Below, in pieces: positions 60,171 through 64,000 of a stretch of DNA of 64,000 nucleotides (position 1 is the stretch's first letter; the number at the start of each line of letters is the position of its first letter). The position numbers and the translations under genes are program-made. This DNA comes from Thermoanaerobaculia bacterium (GTDB taxonomy: Bacteria > Acidobacteriota > Thermoanaerobaculia > Gp7-AA8): positions 10,947 through 74,946 of the forward strand of contig DASUSL010000091.1 of assembly GCA_036375135.1 (NCBI GenBank), in the 5' to 3' direction. The notes below the pieces were generated by a model. That model saw nothing but the letters and a program-made list of their open reading frames with translations, was not told the DNA's origin and ran no database searches.

Positions 60171-60218
60171 TACTCGATCGAGAGTCGCTGCCAGCCTGAG
60201 GTTGCGTACACTTCCGCT

Positions 60219-60347
60219 ATGGCCGATGAACCGCCACCTGAGCCATCGAACAGGCTGCCGCACGCCGAGCATGCGGTAGTTCACGAGTCCAAAGTTCGCG
60301 AGTATCTGCTATCTCCCAGTCATCCTATCGGTCGCTTCGAAGTATGA
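60219..60347 (+). pseudogene. truncated DUF6883-family gene fragment (N-terminal about 40 aa only)
   Basis: MADEPPPEPSNRLPHAEHAVVHESKVREYLLSPSHPIGRFEV* matches the DUF6883 N-terminal signature (..KL.DYLLS..HP.GR.KA.FF) but stops where the family continues for about 70 more aa. Downstream frames have no convincing continuation. Confidence 0.5.
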
Positions 60348-60464
60348 GGTTCGTGGTGCTGTCGTGGGGCCTTCTGGCCGGCAGGCCGACGTTGTGACGA
60401 TCTGGATCGTTCGCGCGGGCGACACATACCCGCAGTTGGTGACAGCATTTCCGGGAGAGCAGCC

Positions 60465-60701
60465 GTGACTTATGAGGAACTCGACACCGTTGTCTTGAAC
60501 CGCGACCTTCCCGCGTACGGATTGAGGCGGGGGGATCTTGGCGCGGTCGTGCAGGTGTATCGCACGGAGGGGCTCGAAGTAGAGTTCGTAACGGCTTCAG
60601 GACGTACGCAAGCTGTGGTCACGCTGGATGTGACCGATGTGCGCCCGGTCAGTGATCAGGATTTATTGTCGGTGCGCACAGTCATTCGCGGAGCTGCCTG
60701 A
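60465..60701 (+). CDS. DUF4926 domain protein
   Basis: VVLNRDLPAYGLRRGDLGAVVQVYRTEGLEVEFVTASGRTQAVVTLDVTDVRPV matches the DUF4926 pattern; 78 aa. Confidence 0.6.
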   Translation: MTYEELDTVVLNRDLPAYGLRRGDLGAVVQVYRTEGLEVEFVTASGRTQAVVTLDVTDVRPVSDQDLLSVRTVIRGAA

Positions 60702-60710
60702 GCCCCCGCC

Positions 60711-60785
60711 GAAGAGAAAAGAGAAAAGCGCACCCGACCTCCGGGCCTCTTTCCTCTTTTCTCCTTCCTCTTTCCTCCGCTTTCG
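60711..60785. repeat. purine-run / pyrimidine-run hairpin abutting the mreB stop; inverted counterpart of the 60117-60154 purine tract
   Basis: GAAGAGAAAAGAGAAAAGCG ... CCTCTTTCCTCTTTTCTCCTTCCTCTTTCCTCCGCTTTCG. With the 60117 tract it brackets about 600 bp containing the DUF6883 remnant and the DUF4926 gene. Confidence 0.7.
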
Positions 60786-63324
<2,539 letters not shown>

Positions 63325-63443
63325 GAACGAACGGCGTGAGTTATAGCAGTTGGCGCGGCTGCCGGGAATAGGTAAACTGCGCCGCTTTTTGTGGAGCGCT
63401 GACCAGCTCTGGCCCAATCCGGGCCTTCCGAAAGGTAGTTTCC

Positions 63444-64000
63444 ATGCTCAAAGTAATGCGCGACAGCTTTCATCACCTCAAGTGGGTGCTCATCATCGTC
63501 GTAGTGGCGTTCATCTTCGGCTTTGTCTTCATCGACATGGGGATGGGCGGTGCCTTCGGCGGCGGACAGGAGCAGGCCCGCAACTACGCGGCGCGCGTGA
63601 ACGGCGAGACCATCGGCTTCGATGACTACAACCGCGCGCTGAAGAACGTCGAGGACATGTACCGCCAGCAGTTCGGCGGGCAGTTCACGCCGGAGATGGC
63701 GCAGCAGCTCAACCTCCCGACGCAGGTCATGAACATGCTGGTCGACCAGCGCCTCCTCACGCAGGAAGCGGCGCGGCTCAACCTGACCGCCAGCCCCGAC
63801 GAGGTGCGCCGGAAGCTGATGGAGATCCCGAACTTCACCGAGAACGGCAAGTTCATCGGCATGGAGCTCTACAACAACTACGTGGGCCGCCTCGGCTACG
63901 CCAGCCCCTCCGACTTCGAGGCGGACCTCGGACGCGAGATCGCGCTGCAGAAGATGGAGAGCGCGCTGCAGAATTCGGTCGTCCTCTCGCCGAAGGCCAT
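63444..64000 (+). CDS. ppiD: peptidyl-prolyl isomerase PpiD / SurA-N-domain chaperone, 5' part; runs off window end
   Basis: MLKVMRDSFHHLKWVLIIVVVAFIFGFVF (cytoplasmic tail plus TM), then a SurA-N-like helical region; no stop before the window end. Confidence 0.7.
   Translation, partial: MLKVMRDSFHHLKWVLIIVVVAFIFGFVFIDMGMGGAFGGGQEQARNYAARVNGETIGFDDYNRALKNVEDMYRQQFGGQFTPEMAQQLNLPTQVMNMLVDQRLLTQEAARLNLTASPDEVRRKLMEIPNFTENGKFIGMELYNNYVGRLGYASPSDFEADLGREIALQKMESALQNSVVLSPKA

Overview
A high-GC (about 65-70%) bacterial chromosomal segment with about 60 protein-coding genes and no rRNA, tRNA or CRISPR that I can see. Core content, in order: holB-tmk and a GT2 glycosyltransferase; fabG-like SDR; acs; purQ and purS, separated by a 2.9-kb insertion; an MBL-fold hydrolase; murA; folP-cdaA-cdaR-glmM; an SDR; a histone-H1-like fusion protein; carB; a complete dcw cluster (mraZ-rsmH-ftsL-ftsI-murE-murF-mraY-murD-ftsW-murG-murC-ftsQ-ftsA-ftsZ, without murB or ddl); guaA; HU; an S4 protein, an MpaA-like peptidase and murI; rodA-mrdA-mreD-mreC, an inserted amidohydrolase, then mreB; a FecR-domain protein; and the start of ppiD. 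The accessory content is a roughly 9-kb glycan-modification island: an ArnT-like membrane protein, two DegT-family aminotransferases, a sulfotransferase divergent from a fused ATP sulfurylase/APS kinase, WbqC, an ArnC-like GT2, two SAM methyltransferases and a secreted tail-fibre-like protein. The most unusual feature is a dense set of small palindromic, MITE-like repeat families. Several copies sit in-frame inside essential genes (ftsL, murG, murI, murE, carB, an SDR, a DegT-like gene, the sulfotransferase). One composite copy carries a Pro-rich pentapeptide-coding tandem array, and one copy supplies the stop codon of glmM and the start codon of the next gene. A recurrent second architecture is a hairpin made of tandem short repeats placed immediately upstream of start codons in the pur, dcw, mrd and carB operons. 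Candidate undescribed cassettes are: (i) a two-gene module of unrecognisable proteins (the first with Cys-His-Asp spacing resembling transglutaminase-like enzymes) interrupting purS-purQ; (ii) a HEPN-domain gene translationally coupled to an unknown 130-aa partner wedged between murA and folP; (iii) a decayed DUF6883/DUF4926 pair with an amidohydrolase, flanked by purine-rich inverted repeats, inserted between mreC and mreB. Many long ORFs antisense to real genes in the supplied track are GC-driven artefacts and were not called.
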